Assembly (NCBI GenBank): GCA_043228905.1
Contig: JBHGNT010000010.1
Coordinates: 8,990,001 to 9,054,000 of the forward strand
Reading direction: 5' to 3'
DNA length: 64,000 nucleotides
Origin: Azolla caroliniana
Lineage: Eukaryota; Plantae; Polypodiophyta
The position numbers were made by a program, and so were the translations under genes. Under the pieces are notes generated by a model. It searched no databases. It had not been told where the DNA came from and saw only the letters and a program-made list of their open reading frames with translations. Positions within the stretch are counted from its first letter, which is position 1; each line of letters starts with the position of its first letter. Below, one piece after another: positions 25,801-40,600 of the stretch.

Positions 25801-27099
25801 AAGTAGATTAGCTTTTCCATAGCAAAGCCGCATAATGTACTCTTGTTCCTTTTGTACTCTAATGCATTGGTCAATGTGCAATTTTTTTTCTTGTAATGTA
25901 CAAGCATAAGGGCTTGTGGTCTTAAGTCTAGTTATAATGGGCTAATACTAAATGTATTCACCATGATACATCACATTATTTCACCGATACATAGTCAACT
26001 ACATTTCATCCCCCTGAGGATGAAAGACATATCAAAATATTTGTCATTGGAAACGCATGGGTACCATTGAGAATATGCAAATTTGTGAAATTAAGCATGT
26101 GTATAGGAATCTTAACATAATACAATATTCGGACTCAAGTATGAAATTTGACTCCGTTACATTATCATCAACTTCTATTTTGATAAGTTACATCTCTAGC
26201 ATTAGAATCTCACACAACCAACACTTTTTCAATCTTATCATATGTAAGAATGCCAACACATACATCAGATAAAGGATCGTGATGATCTAGCTCATACAAG
26301 TTATAGTAGTTGGACTCTCTAATATGCATGTAACAACATGCCAAATAATGTTATCTTTACATAGTGTTGCATCAACCCAAATATATCTTTTGTATTCATG
26401 ATACTTGCATGGATACTCGTATGTAGTTTCCCAAGCCTAGATTCAATACCTAACTATAGTGACTACCCAATTTCATATATAATATGTGAAAATGGTATAT
26501 TTTTTGTCTCATAGGTCATATTTGACCTTCAAGAACGATAATAAAGATGATCATTGGAAGACATTTCACACCCAATATTGACCATTTACATATTGAGTAT
26601 GAAGTTATGCAGTTTTAGCTTATTTGATCTTACCAATGCTGTGACAATTTTTAATGCATGATTTACTATGTTTTCTAAGAGTTTCAATAGTCACAAACAC
26701 AAGTGCTTCTAGGCTTTGAACTATTCCAATTTTTTGTTACTAACCTAATTGAGAAGCCTTGTGATGCTTCTTTGTTGGAGTGTGTTTGGGCCTCTCTTGT
26801 GTTGGATTTAGTATCCCAATATGCAATCTCACATACTACTGCAATTTCACCTGATCATCTAATGATGGTTTTTGCCAAATACATAATGTTCTTTTATTCC
26901 ATATTGATATTTGATGTGGTCCAAATGGTGCGTCTAGGTGTTGTGTTCTTTGATCTTTTCAAGGTTCAAACCTATGCATTGATATTTTGGAGTGGTACTA
27001 ACCTATCTAACTCATTGGTTGGTAGTATTGGAGGCCTAGACTTCAAAGACCTACTGGGACAACCGTCCAATCGAGTTATATTTATTACTAGGCAAAAAG

Positions 27100-27650
27100 T
27101 CCTATGCACTTGCCCCATGGACTTCTACAACCATTAAATTTCCCCCTAAACCTTGGGAGAGCATTTTCATGGATTTTGCTTTGGAGCTACCTTTTCTTAG
27201 GGTTAGAATGTCCTTCCAGATCCATTGATTGATTTTCAAAGTTGACTCATTTCATTCATGCAAAAACACTTGGATCATTAAATCATAGCCCTCAATTTGT
27301 TGGGAGATATTCCATAGCGTTTTTGCATGTTGAGCTCTATTTGATTTCAAGACATCATAAAGAAAGTAATGGTTAAAGAAATTGTAATAATTAGACATTT
27401 GAGCAATATTTCACATTGTTTATCATTTACAAACATGATAATTTGGGCAAAAATGTTCTCTATTAGATAAGTTTGACTATATTGACTCAATTAAATCCTA
27501 CACAAACCAAACACCATTCTTTCTCAATTCAAGTACCATCATATTGATCCCCTCAAGTTTTTGGATATGGTCTTCTCAACCCTAGTGTACAGATCCCACA
27601 TCAATAATCTTGTGGACCCCGACCTAAGTTTCAACACCATCTCAAACCTA
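27100..27650 (+). mobile_element. Very degenerate gypsy integrase remnant
   Basis: PWESIFMDF-like codons near 27150-27180; no open frame. Confidence 0.4.
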
Positions 27651-30541
27651 CAAGGAATATCTAAAAAATGCAAATTTGTATTGTAAGGAAGCTCCTAATC
27701 TTGTTTAACGTTAGGAGATTTGCACAAGCAATCCTAAGGGGTTTTCCCCACTCAAATTTATGATATTTCACAATAAGACAACAAATAAATATAATTTTCC
27801 TATCACGCAATAACAATGAATACAAAGTGAAGATATTTTCTACATGTGTCAATCTACAAGAAACCAAATTTCTTACTTCAGCGACAAAAAATGAAATTAT
27901 AAGAATGGTTTACTCTAGTTGCTACAAATTGGACATCAAATAGAGCTTAGCTATCGAGGGAGTTGGCATCATGAAGGGTTGAACAATACTACCAAACACT
28001 AACTTGGATTCTAGTTACACCATCTTTCATGATCTTTTAAAAGGTCTAGAAACATGAACATTGTATACCTAATATATCCAATCAACTTGTGGGCAACTTG
28101 GCTATGTAGGTATTTGACATATGAAGGACTAGCACACTAGCATCAAACTTATAATTTAAATAGGTATGATTGTCTCTTTGACAAGTATATCGACATGTTC
28201 AACAAGTCAAAATACCTTGCTCCTTTAATTCTAAAGACCTCTTGTGTAAAGAGAAAAGCTCATGTTTAAGAGTTACGCCTTCATTGTCCACATCTAGCCT
28301 ATTTACCCATCTATTTCAACAGATTCCTAAACACAATGAGTCTCCTCAATTCAAGGATGTTTTGTAGAGTCAATTCTCTCTATATCTAGTCTCTTTACCC
28401 CATCTTCATGATTTGTCCTTGTCTAATTCAATAGATTCATTAAGATCACAAAGAACATACCCAATGAAGGAAGTTTCTTGAGGTGTGTTTGACATTTGGT
28501 TCCATCATCACAAAGTATTCTTGATGAATGCTAATACAACTTTGAATAACCTCTTTTTCTACTTGTTATTTAGCCAATCCCCATTTCAAGCATTTGCACG
28601 TAAATGTTCTGTGCACAGTAGCAAGCATTCAGATGAGACACATGCCCCAGGTTGAAGATGAGTCACCAATGCACTAACTCTCAGGGAATCAAGAAATTCT
28701 GTTGCTATGGGTGTTACTGTTAGAAACTCTCCGATAGAAGCTCAAACTCATAACCTGATGCTTGCGAAGTACACTGAGTTCAAGCCCAAGTCTACTTCGG
28801 ATAAGAGATGAGCAAGATTTCAACATGATTAATTAAACAGGATTTCAACAAACTTAATACTATCTATAACAAGCCAATATGAACGAACTATCGCTAAGAA
28901 CCATTTTCTGTAATCTTAGAGAATCTTCTCACAATCTGATTCATAAGTTTACTGTTAAATTTATCTAGTCTTTTAATGGGCACAAATTCAATTCAAGAGG
29001 CAGAGGTTTACATCAAAAAACTTTAATAGGAACAGAAGAGTACAAAGAAAAAATAACATAATTCAGTGCACTCATTATACAGGATTATGTTTTTGACACA
29101 ACAATGCCACCAATTGTAACATAAAACTAGGGAAAGGGTCATTTGAGTTCATTCAATAAAAAAAAATCATAGTAAATTAATTTATTGAGCTATCAAATCA
29201 TATTAATTCTTCGATATTCTAAAAGCTATATATCTTGAACTGCTCTGAAGCATAACTTCAAATATATATCAGCTGACAGATGTCACACTGGGCTCCTAAC
29301 AATTTAGCGAAGCAGCAATTGCACCAATGAAATTTCACATATTGTTTCACGCATTTCAGTAATCATTTTTTCATATAGTGCTTAGAAGATTTGCAAAGTT
29401 GGGATCTTGTCTGAAAGCTTATATTTTAAGGACTAAAATCAGGAAGTCACAGGGCAGCATACAAAGTTTTCATATCAAGAAGATACTCACAGCAATAGTG
29501 AGCATCTAACACTCCAAGCATATGCAGTCTGAATCTATCAAACAACTCATCTATCCATATTCACTCAAACACCTATTGATTTTCACCCAGCATTCAATTG
29601 CATAGCTCTCCTGATTCTTCATAAACAATACCATAAAAAGCAGACGGCACTAAAAAGGACCACCGATGAATACCTCTGTTTCAAACATACCCCCACATCT
29701 CGTTTCTGTGGAATGAGCCCCTCAATCAGGCATGCTTTTTACATTCGCAAAACTATCTACTACATACAGTTATTCATAACACCAACCACACCCCAATGAA
29801 ACATGATGAAGAGACATACATAACACACAAGCAAATTCGCACGCAATGCACATGAATCTATCCTGTGTGATAAAACTTTCATACCAACAGGAAAAAATAC
29901 ACTATGCAGGTGCAGCAATGATAGGCCTCCAAGCTGTTGGTAACACCAAAGATCACACGCAGCATCAAAATGCACAGCAAGTTGTCCAATCAGCTACATC
30001 CAACAAATCAGCTACATCATCACGAACACAGCACATCAAAGGAATCTTTTCACCATCAAATGGCCCACCACAGCTACCAGCAAATCCTCGGCCCCACTCA
30101 ATAACTACCAAAGCCCAGGGCATATTTTAAATAAAGTCAGAAACTAACTATTGTCGACCTAATTGCAAGGGCTCTTTCTTAAAATAAAATATCTAGAAAT
30201 CAACATTCCATATGTTCCATAATAGAGCATTCATAATTGCAGCCCAAAAACTGGTGAAAATCCAGGTAGCATGCATATAAGCAAGGAAAAAGTTTCTTTA
30301 GGTGACGGACTAACCATCCAGAAGCAATGTAGCCTCTGTCAAAACACTGCTGATACATATGTCGAAAAGTACAGGAAGTAGAAACCCTTAAAATATGCAC
30401 AGCAAACACAGGAATACAGTAATCCTCCTAAGTCCATCTCTTGTAGCTGCTGGCAACCCTGCAGCAAATAACAAGCTTCTTTTAATTGAAATTTTATGCT
30501 TGAGCACACCTCGAATAGAGAGGGATGGTACAATGCATTAC

Positions 30542-32247
30542 CTAAACATCTGAGTTGGGTGAAAGGCTACGGGAGCGAGGATCTGGTGTGGGGCTGTGGC
30601 TATGGCTTCTTCTTGCATCCCTTGGTGCAGCAACAGCATCAGCAGCAGGAGATGGAGATGCACTCTTCCCTCCACGAGATGAAGCATTACGAATTGGAGA
30701 GACATCCCGTGCTTTCAGAGGTGAAGTACTTTGACCCACAGATGGACTCCGCCCTCTTGGTGAAGCACTGCGTCTGATGAGAATTCAACTAATTAAATCA
30801 AAGCAAAATAGAAACCAAAATATTACGAGATTCAAACATTACTCAACCTTTTTGTATATGGAGACTCGGTCCTTTCATATGATTTATGGTGCTTTGGCCT
30901 CTCACCAGCTGCATCTCTACTGTTGCTCCGACTCCGGCTCCTTCTTCGGACAGGACTGCGGGAATGGGAACGGGAGTGGCTCAGACTCCGACTTCGGCTG
31001 CGCTTACGGCTCCGGTGATCCAGATCCCGGTTTCGATCCCTGCGGTACCTTCCCCTACTCAGGCTCCGACTCCGACTTCTTCTACGGCTGTAGTCCTCCC
31101 TGTGCCTGCCATTAATAACTAAATTGTTGAGCAGGAGAAAGAGGGAGCAATACAGTTACACTAACTAATCATTTAATAATAGAAGGAAATGGGTAGGGAA
31201 AAAACAATACCTCGATCGTCTCGGACTCCGGCTCTCAGAGTATGATACTCTCCCTCGATCACTATTCATACATCAAAGAACTTAAGAATCTGTTCACAGT
31301 TCTCTACCAGGCAAAAGATATTCATGCATATGCAAACATGGCATAAAATCAAACACTTCCAATAATATAATTTTGCTCATGCATTCATTGAGAACTAGAG
31401 CATATACCTAGTCCTTGTTTTGGGGCCTTTTCTGAAGAATAGAATCAGTGTAAGCATTAGGTTACTAAAACTACTCTTGAATTGTATCATCATTAGATAG
31501 AAATAAATTCAGAAAGTATACTCACATAGACTCTGCATTAGGACCATATTTTGCAAACTGCACCATGATTTCCCTTCCATCCACAACTTTCCCTGCATCC
31601 CAAAGAAAAGGATCAATTAGATAGAGATACATCATACAACCTACAATCAGAGAGAGGTGTAGCAAGAAGGGAATCATGCAATGTAGGAGGAACTAGTTTT
31701 TATGATGTGAAAATGAATTGAAATTCAACCCCACCGTGGAGGCGATCAACCGCCTTTTGAGCTTCATCTGCATGCTTGTAGCGGACAAATGCAAACCCAC
31801 GAGACTCGCCAGTTCTATAAATTAGAAATTTTTTCAGAGTGAGGATGGTCGGTCGACGTTCAGGAGATCGAATTTGAGAAGACAAAAAAGAGAAAGAAAA
31901 AAAAAGTAAGTACCTGCGGTCTCGGGGGATGAAGACGTCGACGACTTTACCATAGCGATCAAAAAGGGGGAAGAGGTCATCTGCACTGGTTCCTGAGAGA
32001 GAAGAACAGATGATTTGTAGAGGGAACAAGAAAAAAAGGAGAAGAAATCAGAAGAGCTCTCCTATTATCTAATCAAATCTCAGACACGGCAAGGGGATGG
32101 AGCAGAGGAAACAAGTGAAACAGGGACAAAGGACATGGAAGCAGAGAAGAAGGAGGGAGGGAGGGACTTACGGAAGGTGATGTTGAGGACGAGGAGGGAA
32201 TAGGTATCCCTGATGTCTGGGGGGCCCGAGCGACCGAAATGCGACAT
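30542..32247 (-). CDS. SC35: SC35/SRSF2-type SR splicing factor, about 280 aa; exons 32247-32172, 31992-31914, 31814-31735, 31592-31526, 31261-31211, 31105-30848, 30773-30542
   Basis: Plant SC35 N-terminus [64 protein letters not shown] (RRM), then QFAKYGPNAE and an RS domain. Introns are GT-AG and the exons sum to 843 nt in frame. Confidence 0.94.
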
Positions 32248-32253
32248 AATCCT

Positions 32254-32343
32254 CTGCTTCTACCTTCTGCTTCTGCTCTCCTCTGCTTCTGCTTCTGCTT
32301 CTGCTTCTGCTTCTTCTTCTTCTTCTTCTTCTTCTTCTTCTGC
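32254..32343. repeat. (CTTCTG)n/(CTT)n microsatellite in the SC35 5' UTR (GAA-rich on the sense strand)
   Basis: Seen directly, immediately upstream of the ATG. Confidence 0.85.
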
Positions 32344-32789
32344 TGGAAAGAAAAGAATAGGAGGAAAGCCCTAACTCCCTACCCCAAGAAGAAGATTGAT
32401 GATGATCATGGTATGCCTATGGCTATGGGTATATGGGGGGGGTCATGGCCCATGGGCATATGGCTACATGGGTACATGGGCATATGGCTACATGGGTACA
32501 TGGCTATGGCTATGGGGTTGCTTGTTGGTTTGCCAAGGTATTGTGTATGGTTATGGGTCTAGGTATGGGCCTAGGCATGGGTCTAGGTTTGGCTCTGGGG
32601 ATTTGGGTATAGATGGACCATGGTGTGCCCTTTCACACGCACATTCACCGCTTCACATGCCTCTCTTCCTGCTATTGTTGTTGTTCGCGTGGTCGTACCC
32701 TGCCCCCAACCTGGATGTAAGATGAATCTTTGCCCCCGTGGCTTGAACATAGATGATGGTGTGGGCACAAACCCTTTCCTCTTCCGTGT

Positions 32790-34620
32790 GTTTGAGATTT
32801 ATTATAATGTAAGCCCAAAATAAAGAAATAAGATTAGATAATGAAGAGATAGGCAGAAAAAAGAAGGTTGTTGATCCACCCGACCACCTACAAGCAAGGG
32901 ATCGAGATGGACCTTAGCCTTGAATAGTGTCCCATACCACCTTTATGGCTTTGAGTCGTACCTTGTACTTGCACACACTTGTCACAAAAGAGTTTATTCA
33001 CTACAAGATCACGGTCTCAATGTGGTTGAATCATGTCCCCAACGAGGATAGCTAGGCCTCATATTTAAAGCACCCATGGCCCCTATTCAAGTTCACGGTT
33101 GACCCTTAAGGATTGTCTCAATCTTTAGGATTAAAAGTAATCCTCCCTTCTTTACACTCTCGATTAACCCTCACACTCTTATCCTCGGGTGTAGAAAACT
33201 ACAACGCAAACTACCACCATATAAGTTATGGTTATGCCCATAACACTTGCTTTTTAATGGCCACTAGAAACTCTCATACTTCCTTGTTTTGGCAATGTTG
33301 TCATCAACAAAATCGTTGTCATCATTCAATCATGTTGAATACATCATCACCTATAGATTTTGTTGAGTTGCTAGTTGCTTTATAGATTGTATATATCCTT
33401 GTTGTCTTTGTTTGCCTCCTTATTCCCCACATCTATTGTACTCATAAATTATTTGAACATATGAATATGATGTGTTTGTGTGTATGGTGGTCTTTTGTTA
33501 GAGATATATTATAATGTTAACATGAAAATAACATATAAAAGAATAGAGAGAGAAGGCTCGTGCTAATCCACCCAACTACCTCTGAGCAAACGGATCAAAA
33601 TGGACCCGAGCCTTGACTAACATCCCATACCACCATTATGGGCTTCAAGTCGCACTCACCACAAGAGTTTGTTCACTACAAAATCACAATCTCGACATAG
33701 TTGAATGATGTACCCAATGAGGATATAAGCTAGGCCTTGTTTTTAACACCAGAACAAAGCCCTTTAGGCAAGTTCACAATTGACCTCGTTTTTCACACCA
33801 AAAAACTACGATATAAAATACCACCGAACAAATTATGGTTATATGCTCATAACATACTCCACCCTCTTCAAAACATTGCATTCTTGCAATGAAAAGTTAG
33901 GGAAGTTAGTATTAATGGTGTTTTTGCATTCTCGTATAACATCTTTAATATACTTATCCATCCATTTTATTTTTAATTCTTGGATTGTTTTAGAACATAG
34001 ATGTTTTGTTATAACATCAAGAATTATCTTTGGTACATGTGGTTTAAAAGCGTAAATGCTTAGAAGTGACTATATTATCGACAAAGCCAATAAGTTCTTT
34101 CAGACTAGATGGATTCCAACACCATCAAGAAAAGCAAGGTTATAGGCTTATGAACCAAAGTGTTTGAAAACTATGAAACATCCACAAAATCATGGGGCTA
34201 ATTTATTGCGTGCTTACTCATAGACAATGTCTTAGAATCACGAGACACACATTGAAATACCTTCTATCTAGGGTTAAATACACGAGGTTGCCTAATATGG
34301 TCGACATAAAAACATGTTCTATCTTGAGATGCTTTTTTATTATCTCATGTAGTATAAAATATATCTTGCATATCCCTTAAAAAGTATTGGGTGCTTCTCA
34401 ACTAATCATCATTAACATCGATCAGGGCTCCTAGTTGAAAGCCAAACATCAACATAAAAGTATTATATCTCATCGATATATGCTTGGAACAATTACAAGC
34501 AAACTCCAATTTTGGTAGACAATATTCCCATTTTGTTGGCTTTGTAACAACATATGCTAGCAAAATGTCCTTAACAATTTGGTTTAGCCTTTCCATTTGT
34601 CCATTGGATTAAGGATGGTC
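32790..34620 (-). mobile_element. Old gypsy remnant: two diverged LTR-like copies (about 32790-33245 and 33495-33854) plus an integrase fragment
   Basis: Both copies share TCCCATACCACC, TTCACTACAA and a ...CATAACA end. The second is followed by a PPT-like CTCCACCCTCTTC and by integrase ORF 34402-34596 (-) ERLNQIVKDILLAY...LEFA. Confidence 0.6.
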
Positions 34621-37600
34621 AGTGAAGCTCAAGTTCAAGGTTGTTTCTATCTTCTTAAAGACTCGTCTCCAAAAATCGTTACTAAAATTTGGATCTCAAT
34701 AATTGTGTGGCTTTTGTTACTCACAACGAAACATGTTAATGAATCAATGGAGTTATACCTCCCCTCGATATCGTTGTGCCTAGAATCCAGACCAGATTAT
34801 ACCCTTTTGATAGTGAACCGAGCAAGAGTGGTTGTAGATCACTCTAGAGCTACTAGTTTAACTAGCATGAATGGTTACCGCTTACACTTACCCTCTCGTA
34901 ATAGAATTTGATGTGTAGACAAAGAAGGTGAGAGATGAACATACGCCACTTCTTATTAAGGCCATACAAGATTAAAGGGCTTAAGGTTTGGCTCTCTTAA
35001 CTCTTAACCTTAATCATTCTTAGCTCTTAATACACTAATAGAAAGGAGAAGAGCTACAAAAGTCACAAATACTAGTTTTTATAGCTTTTTACAAAAGAGG
35101 TGGGTTCCTTTCACATTAGGTTGTCCACTGGCCATAAGGCTTCTTATTGGGTCTACGCTATCACCTTTTTCCTACTATTTTGTGGAGGTCGGTGTCCCTT
35201 GTTGGTGTCGTTTTCTCCACAAATGGTGAGGGGTAGACAACGACTTCAGCTATGAATGGGTTTGTTCTTATTTTCTTATTGTTGTTGGGGAAATCAAAGG
35301 GAAACTCAAACCAAAGAAGACGTCCTTCATTATGTGATATGTATAGGTTCTACTAATCATAGGAAAGTACGACTATTGGATCCTTTAAAGTCACAACTTG
35401 GTTTGTTTGTGGAATTACGACTTGATCAAATAATTTGTGATGTGGGAAAGGAAGCCTCATGTTTGTGAAGTACTTGGGACAAGCTTTAAGGTTCATGAGG
35501 ATCTATTGCTTCCGTTGAGGAATTGGTGGAGAAACCGCCCTATGATGGTGTTCATAAGTAGGTTAAGGGAGATTTGTTGCAAATGTATGCACCTGACGTG
35601 ACATGATGCGTTTCAGTCAAAGCAATTTTTTGGTTTTGACTACGTAATGTGATGGAAATTGAATCTTTAGTCACAAAGGAAGTGATTCTGCTTCATGTAA
35701 AGAATCGAGTGTGATTCTATGCAGTTGAATAGATTAAGGATGTGTTGTGTGTGTGTGAAAGAGGAGAGACGAGAGACACGAGATAGATAGATTGGAAAAT
35801 GAAGTAATCAAGATGGATGTATATATTAACAAGAAGTGGAGAACAATTACAACAATATGAGCATTACAAAGGAGATTAACCGACTCCTTACAATGTAGGA
35901 GGAGGGTGCTTTATATAAGGCACTCTCTCTACACTCTCTCATTACGCAATCTCTCTAGAACCTTGGGGAATGTGGAGACTCATTAGTTATGTGGAATATG
36001 GAACTCATTGGTTATGTGTCATAGAATATGATTATATGACACATAGTTAACTTGTAGAAAGTAGTGGTGACTTTTGACCTTTGAGTGCTCATAGATTCTC
36101 AAAAGGTATGTTCACACACTAGACTAGGTTGAGCTTGATTCTCAACACACACCCTCAAGCTCAACTTTGGTCGGCTTTTGACTTTCGGCCTTCCTATGTT
36201 GTCCATCTTATCTTATGTCCGCTTCAGCCAGTATCTGATTCTCTCTTCAAGATTGGCAAGTCAAGGATCGTCAATCCAAGGTCTGACATGAATCGCCGAA
36301 GCTTGTCGGCTCCTAGGGCTTTGGTGAAGATGTTAGTTGTCTGGAGATTCGTACTTATGTGTTGAAGGTCAACATCTCCAGCCTGAACGTGCTCTCGGAT
36401 GAAGTGATAGTACACTTCGATATGCTTCGTGCGCATGGAACATCGGGTTTGAGCCAGATGAATATTGCTCATGTTGTCGCAGTAAAGGGGAATCAAATCC
36501 TTGATGGGAACGCCAAGATCCTTCAATATTCTCTTTATCAAAACAACTTCACATGCAGACACAATCGTGTCCCTGTATTCGGCCTCTATGCTCCAAAGTG
36601 CGATAGTTAGCCACTTCTTGCTACTCCAGGAGATGGCTCCACTTCCGAGAGAGAAGACAAATCCTGAGATCCATCGTCGGTCGGCTCTGCAGCTTGCCTA
36701 GTCGGCATTGGTGTACCCTTCGAGTCAAATTGGTGTGGTAGACTTGTAGAGAATTTTGTAGTCCATCGTTCCACTCACGTATCGTAACACTCGCTTAACA
36801 CAATCTAAGTGAATATTGCGTGGAATTTGCATGAATTGGATATGGAAGCCGACCGGATAGTTGAGGTCGGGTCGAGTGACCATGAGATAGATGAGGCTTC
36901 CAATCAATTCTCGATACAGAGTCAACACACACTCTTCTGTCCTGGAGTCAACAACTAGCTTTAGGTTTCGATCAAGATGGGTTGCCACAGACTTAACCTC
37001 AGTCATCCCGAACTGTTGAGCGGCAAGCTCAATTGGAGCCGGATTGGCTGGACAAGCTTGAGCCGGTGAGTGAGACGGATCGGTGAGCAAAAGAGCCGGT
37101 GAGTTGGGGAGCCGGTAGCCGGATCCATCAGTAACCGGAAGCCTAGTTGCATCTAGACTACTAGGGAGTTATTACTCTCATAGTTAGTGTTAGACGCTCG
37201 AGTGAGCATTGAAGTACACCGTACTTTTGTTAGTCCGTATGGACTTGTATAAAAGTGTTCGCTGAACACATATGATGTATAGAGCGTTGATATAATTTTT
37301 TGAATAGAGATTCTTGTTCTCTCTCTCTGACTCTCCCGCGTACTGTTAAGCTCTCCATTAAACCTGTTCTCTGTTTTTTGTTTCTTATTGCTTCCGCACG
37401 CTATTTGTTTTTACATGGTATCAGAGCGCGAGGGTTGAGAACCTTTGCAACCGATATTCACTTTCGCAAGAAGAAAACCTAACCTTTGTAAAGAACAGAA
37501 AAATAACCATGGATAGAGGAATGGTTAGCTCGCTTCCGGTGGAGAAGCTCGACAGATCCAACTACGCATCTTGGTCATACAAGATGCACTAGTAACTGCT

Positions 37601-40600
37601 TGGGCATGGTTACTGGAGTTATGTCGACGGAGCTAATGACTCAGCACCTGATGCGCCACACAAGGACTTCCTGGTGTGGGAACAATTGGCAAGCAGGGTG
37701 ATGTACTACTTTGCGTCCAGTGTCGGAGACCAGCTGTTGAGCCACGTCCGAGATGCCAAGATGCCGAAAGAGGCTTGGGGAAACCTGAAGAAGGTGTTCG
37801 CCGCAAGCACAGCAACCCAGAAGCTGCAACTCCGACAGGAGTTGAGTAATGTCCGACAGAAGGACATGTCGGTGGCTGATTACACGACCCGAATCAAAGA
37901 GATTTGTGACTCATTTGCCTCTATCAACGTCACTATAGAGGAAGACGAGATGGTACAGGTCTGTCTTGGGGGCCTGGTGTCTAAGTTCCGAGCTTTCCGG
38001 ACAGCAGTACGTACGAGGGAGAATACGCCGTCATTTTTCAACTTACAATCGATGCTCCTTGTAGAGGAGAACCACGTCGGTGCATCAACAAGTGCACCCA
38101 CCGACAACCGGATGTTGTACACGGAGGCGGATCGGCCCTATGGGCGTGGTGGACGAGGCAGGTCGGCACGCAATGGAGGCGGCCGGCAAGGGCAAGACCG
38201 ACGGCACAGAGATCGTGCCGACAACAGTTCTGGGACTTCCACAAGCAGGGGGAGTCAAGGTGGCGCCGGAGGTCGGCAAGACAAATCCGCCACGGAATGC
38301 TAGTACTGTGGCAAAAAGGGCCACAGAGAAAGCGAGTGCTGGAAGAAGCGCGCCGATTTGGACAGATCTGGATCCGGAAAAACCGGTCGAGAGAACCGGC
38401 AAAGCTCGCACTACACACAAGGATCAAGAGGATCCGGAACCGAGAAGACCGGTAAGGGGCCAACCTTGGTGATGAAGCACGAGGCAAACTTGATGAAGAA
38501 GACCACTTCCAAATCAGAGGAAGTGTGGTACGTTGATTCCGGTGCATCAAATCACATGACGAGCCACAAAGAGTGGTTCTCCTTCTTGGAGAAACCGGAA
38601 CAACTGGGAGTTGTCGAAACCGAAGACGACACTCCTCACCCAATCGTCGGCCGGGAGGAGGAGGGCCAGATTATCGCGCAAGGGCGTAGAGATGGAAGGA
38701 TGTTCATCCTCGACACCAATGACGTCGGCACCGCCTTGTTCGCCAAAGGACAGAAGGTTGAATCGGATATCGACCTGTGGCACAAGCAGATCAGCCACAT
38801 CAATTATCGGCGACTTCAAGACTTGCAAACGAAACAAGTTGTTTTCGGTTGCCGAAGTTTAGTGGCCGGAAGGCCCAAGTATGTCAAACCTGCCAACTCG
38901 GGAACCAACACGGGCTTCCATTCCCCACCGAACAAAATCGTAGTCATAACAAGCTCAACCTTATTCATTCAGATGTATGGGGACCGGCACAAAACGCGAG
39001 TCTTGGCGGGAGTCGATACTTCATCTCCTTCATCGACGACTATAGCCGGCACACATGGATCTACCTCATTGAGCGGAAGAGCGAAGTCTTCGACTGTTTC
39101 CAAAACCTCCAGAGCATGGTGGAATAGGAATCGGAGAGGAAGATCAAGTGCTTGCGGTCAGATGGCGGAAAAGAATATTTTTCCGGCCAATTCAACAGTT
39201 ATCTGTAGCAAACAGGAATTCGGAGAGAGTTCAGCTGCAGATACACACCGGAGCAAAATGGTGTGGCCGAAAGGAAGAATCGGTCGCTTGTCGACGCGGC
39301 AAGGGCAATGTTGGAAGAGAAGAGCATGCCCCATTTCTACTGGGCGGAGGTGGTCCGGACAACCATCTACATCCAAAACCGGATCGGTGACAAGGTGTCC
39401 GCGCATGAGCTGTATTTCGGGCGCAACCCGAATTTGAGACACCTTCGGATTTTCGGTAGCATAGCATATGTGCATGTGCCAGATGAGAAGCGGAGGAAGC
39501 TGGATGCAAAATCGGAGAAGTGCATCCTCGTCATCTACTCATATGAGCAAAAGGGGTATAAGTGTTATAACCCTTGGACAATGTAGGTCCGAGTTAGCCG
39601 CGATGTTGAGTTTGATGAGACGGCATCATGGTATGCCTTACCAGCTCCGACTTCTGACCCCGACCCAATACCAGAGGATGAGGCTAGTGAGCCTGAATCG
39701 GTCCAGCTAGAAGATGATGACTCCGGGACTCAAGAAGAGAGTCCGGAATCGTTTCAGTTGAGTGGGCCGAACGAGAGACTGGGTCAATCCGACCAGTCAG
39801 AAGAAGAACTAGCGAGTAGTGAAGACTCTGTCGTGCTCTCCCCGCGCAAGGAACCGAGGAGACGGTTCACGCGCAAAGAGAAGGGGGAGAAGAAGATGTC
39901 GGATTATGAAACCGGTAATGATGAGTCGGATCAGAGTGGATCCGACTCCGGAAAGGAAAATGACGGTTCTTCAGCACCGAAGACTGAACCGGCCAAGAAG
40001 GGCCTCAAACCGGGTAACAGTGGGTTACGCCGATCAACCCGCCAGAAGGAACCTGTTAAGCGGTACGGGTACAATGAGTACGTAGCACATCACTATGCGT
40101 ACATGACCAAGGTGGCGGAAGTGCGTGAGCCGGAGAGCTACGCAGAAGCGGCAAAGGATGCACATTGGCATGCCGCTATGGAAGAAGAGATGCGGGCACT
40201 TGATGCCAACGATACTTGGGACCTGGTTGACCCTCCCCGTCACAGTAAACCGATCGGATGCAAGTGGGTGTACAAGGTAAAGTACAATGCCGACAGTTCA
40301 GTTAACCGGTACAAGGCCCGGTTAGTAACGAAGGGATACGCACAGACCCACAAAATCGAATATGACAAGATCTTTGCTCTTGTAGCGAAGATGACGACGG
40401 TTCGTGTGGTACTGGCGGTTGCTGCGGCAAGGGGGTGACATCTTCACCAGATGGATGTGAATAATGTATTTTTTCAAGGAGATATTGAAGAAGAGGTCTT
40501 TATGATACAACCCCCTGGTTTCCAGACGGAGATGAACAAGTCGGCGATATGCCGGCTAAAGAAGTCACTTTATGGCCTGAAGCAAGCCCCCCGAGCTTGG

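Noticed and set aside
32396-32725. Gly/Tyr-rich ORF upstream of SC35
   Set aside because: It is the translation of the ATGG low-complexity tract; there is no splice or domain support.
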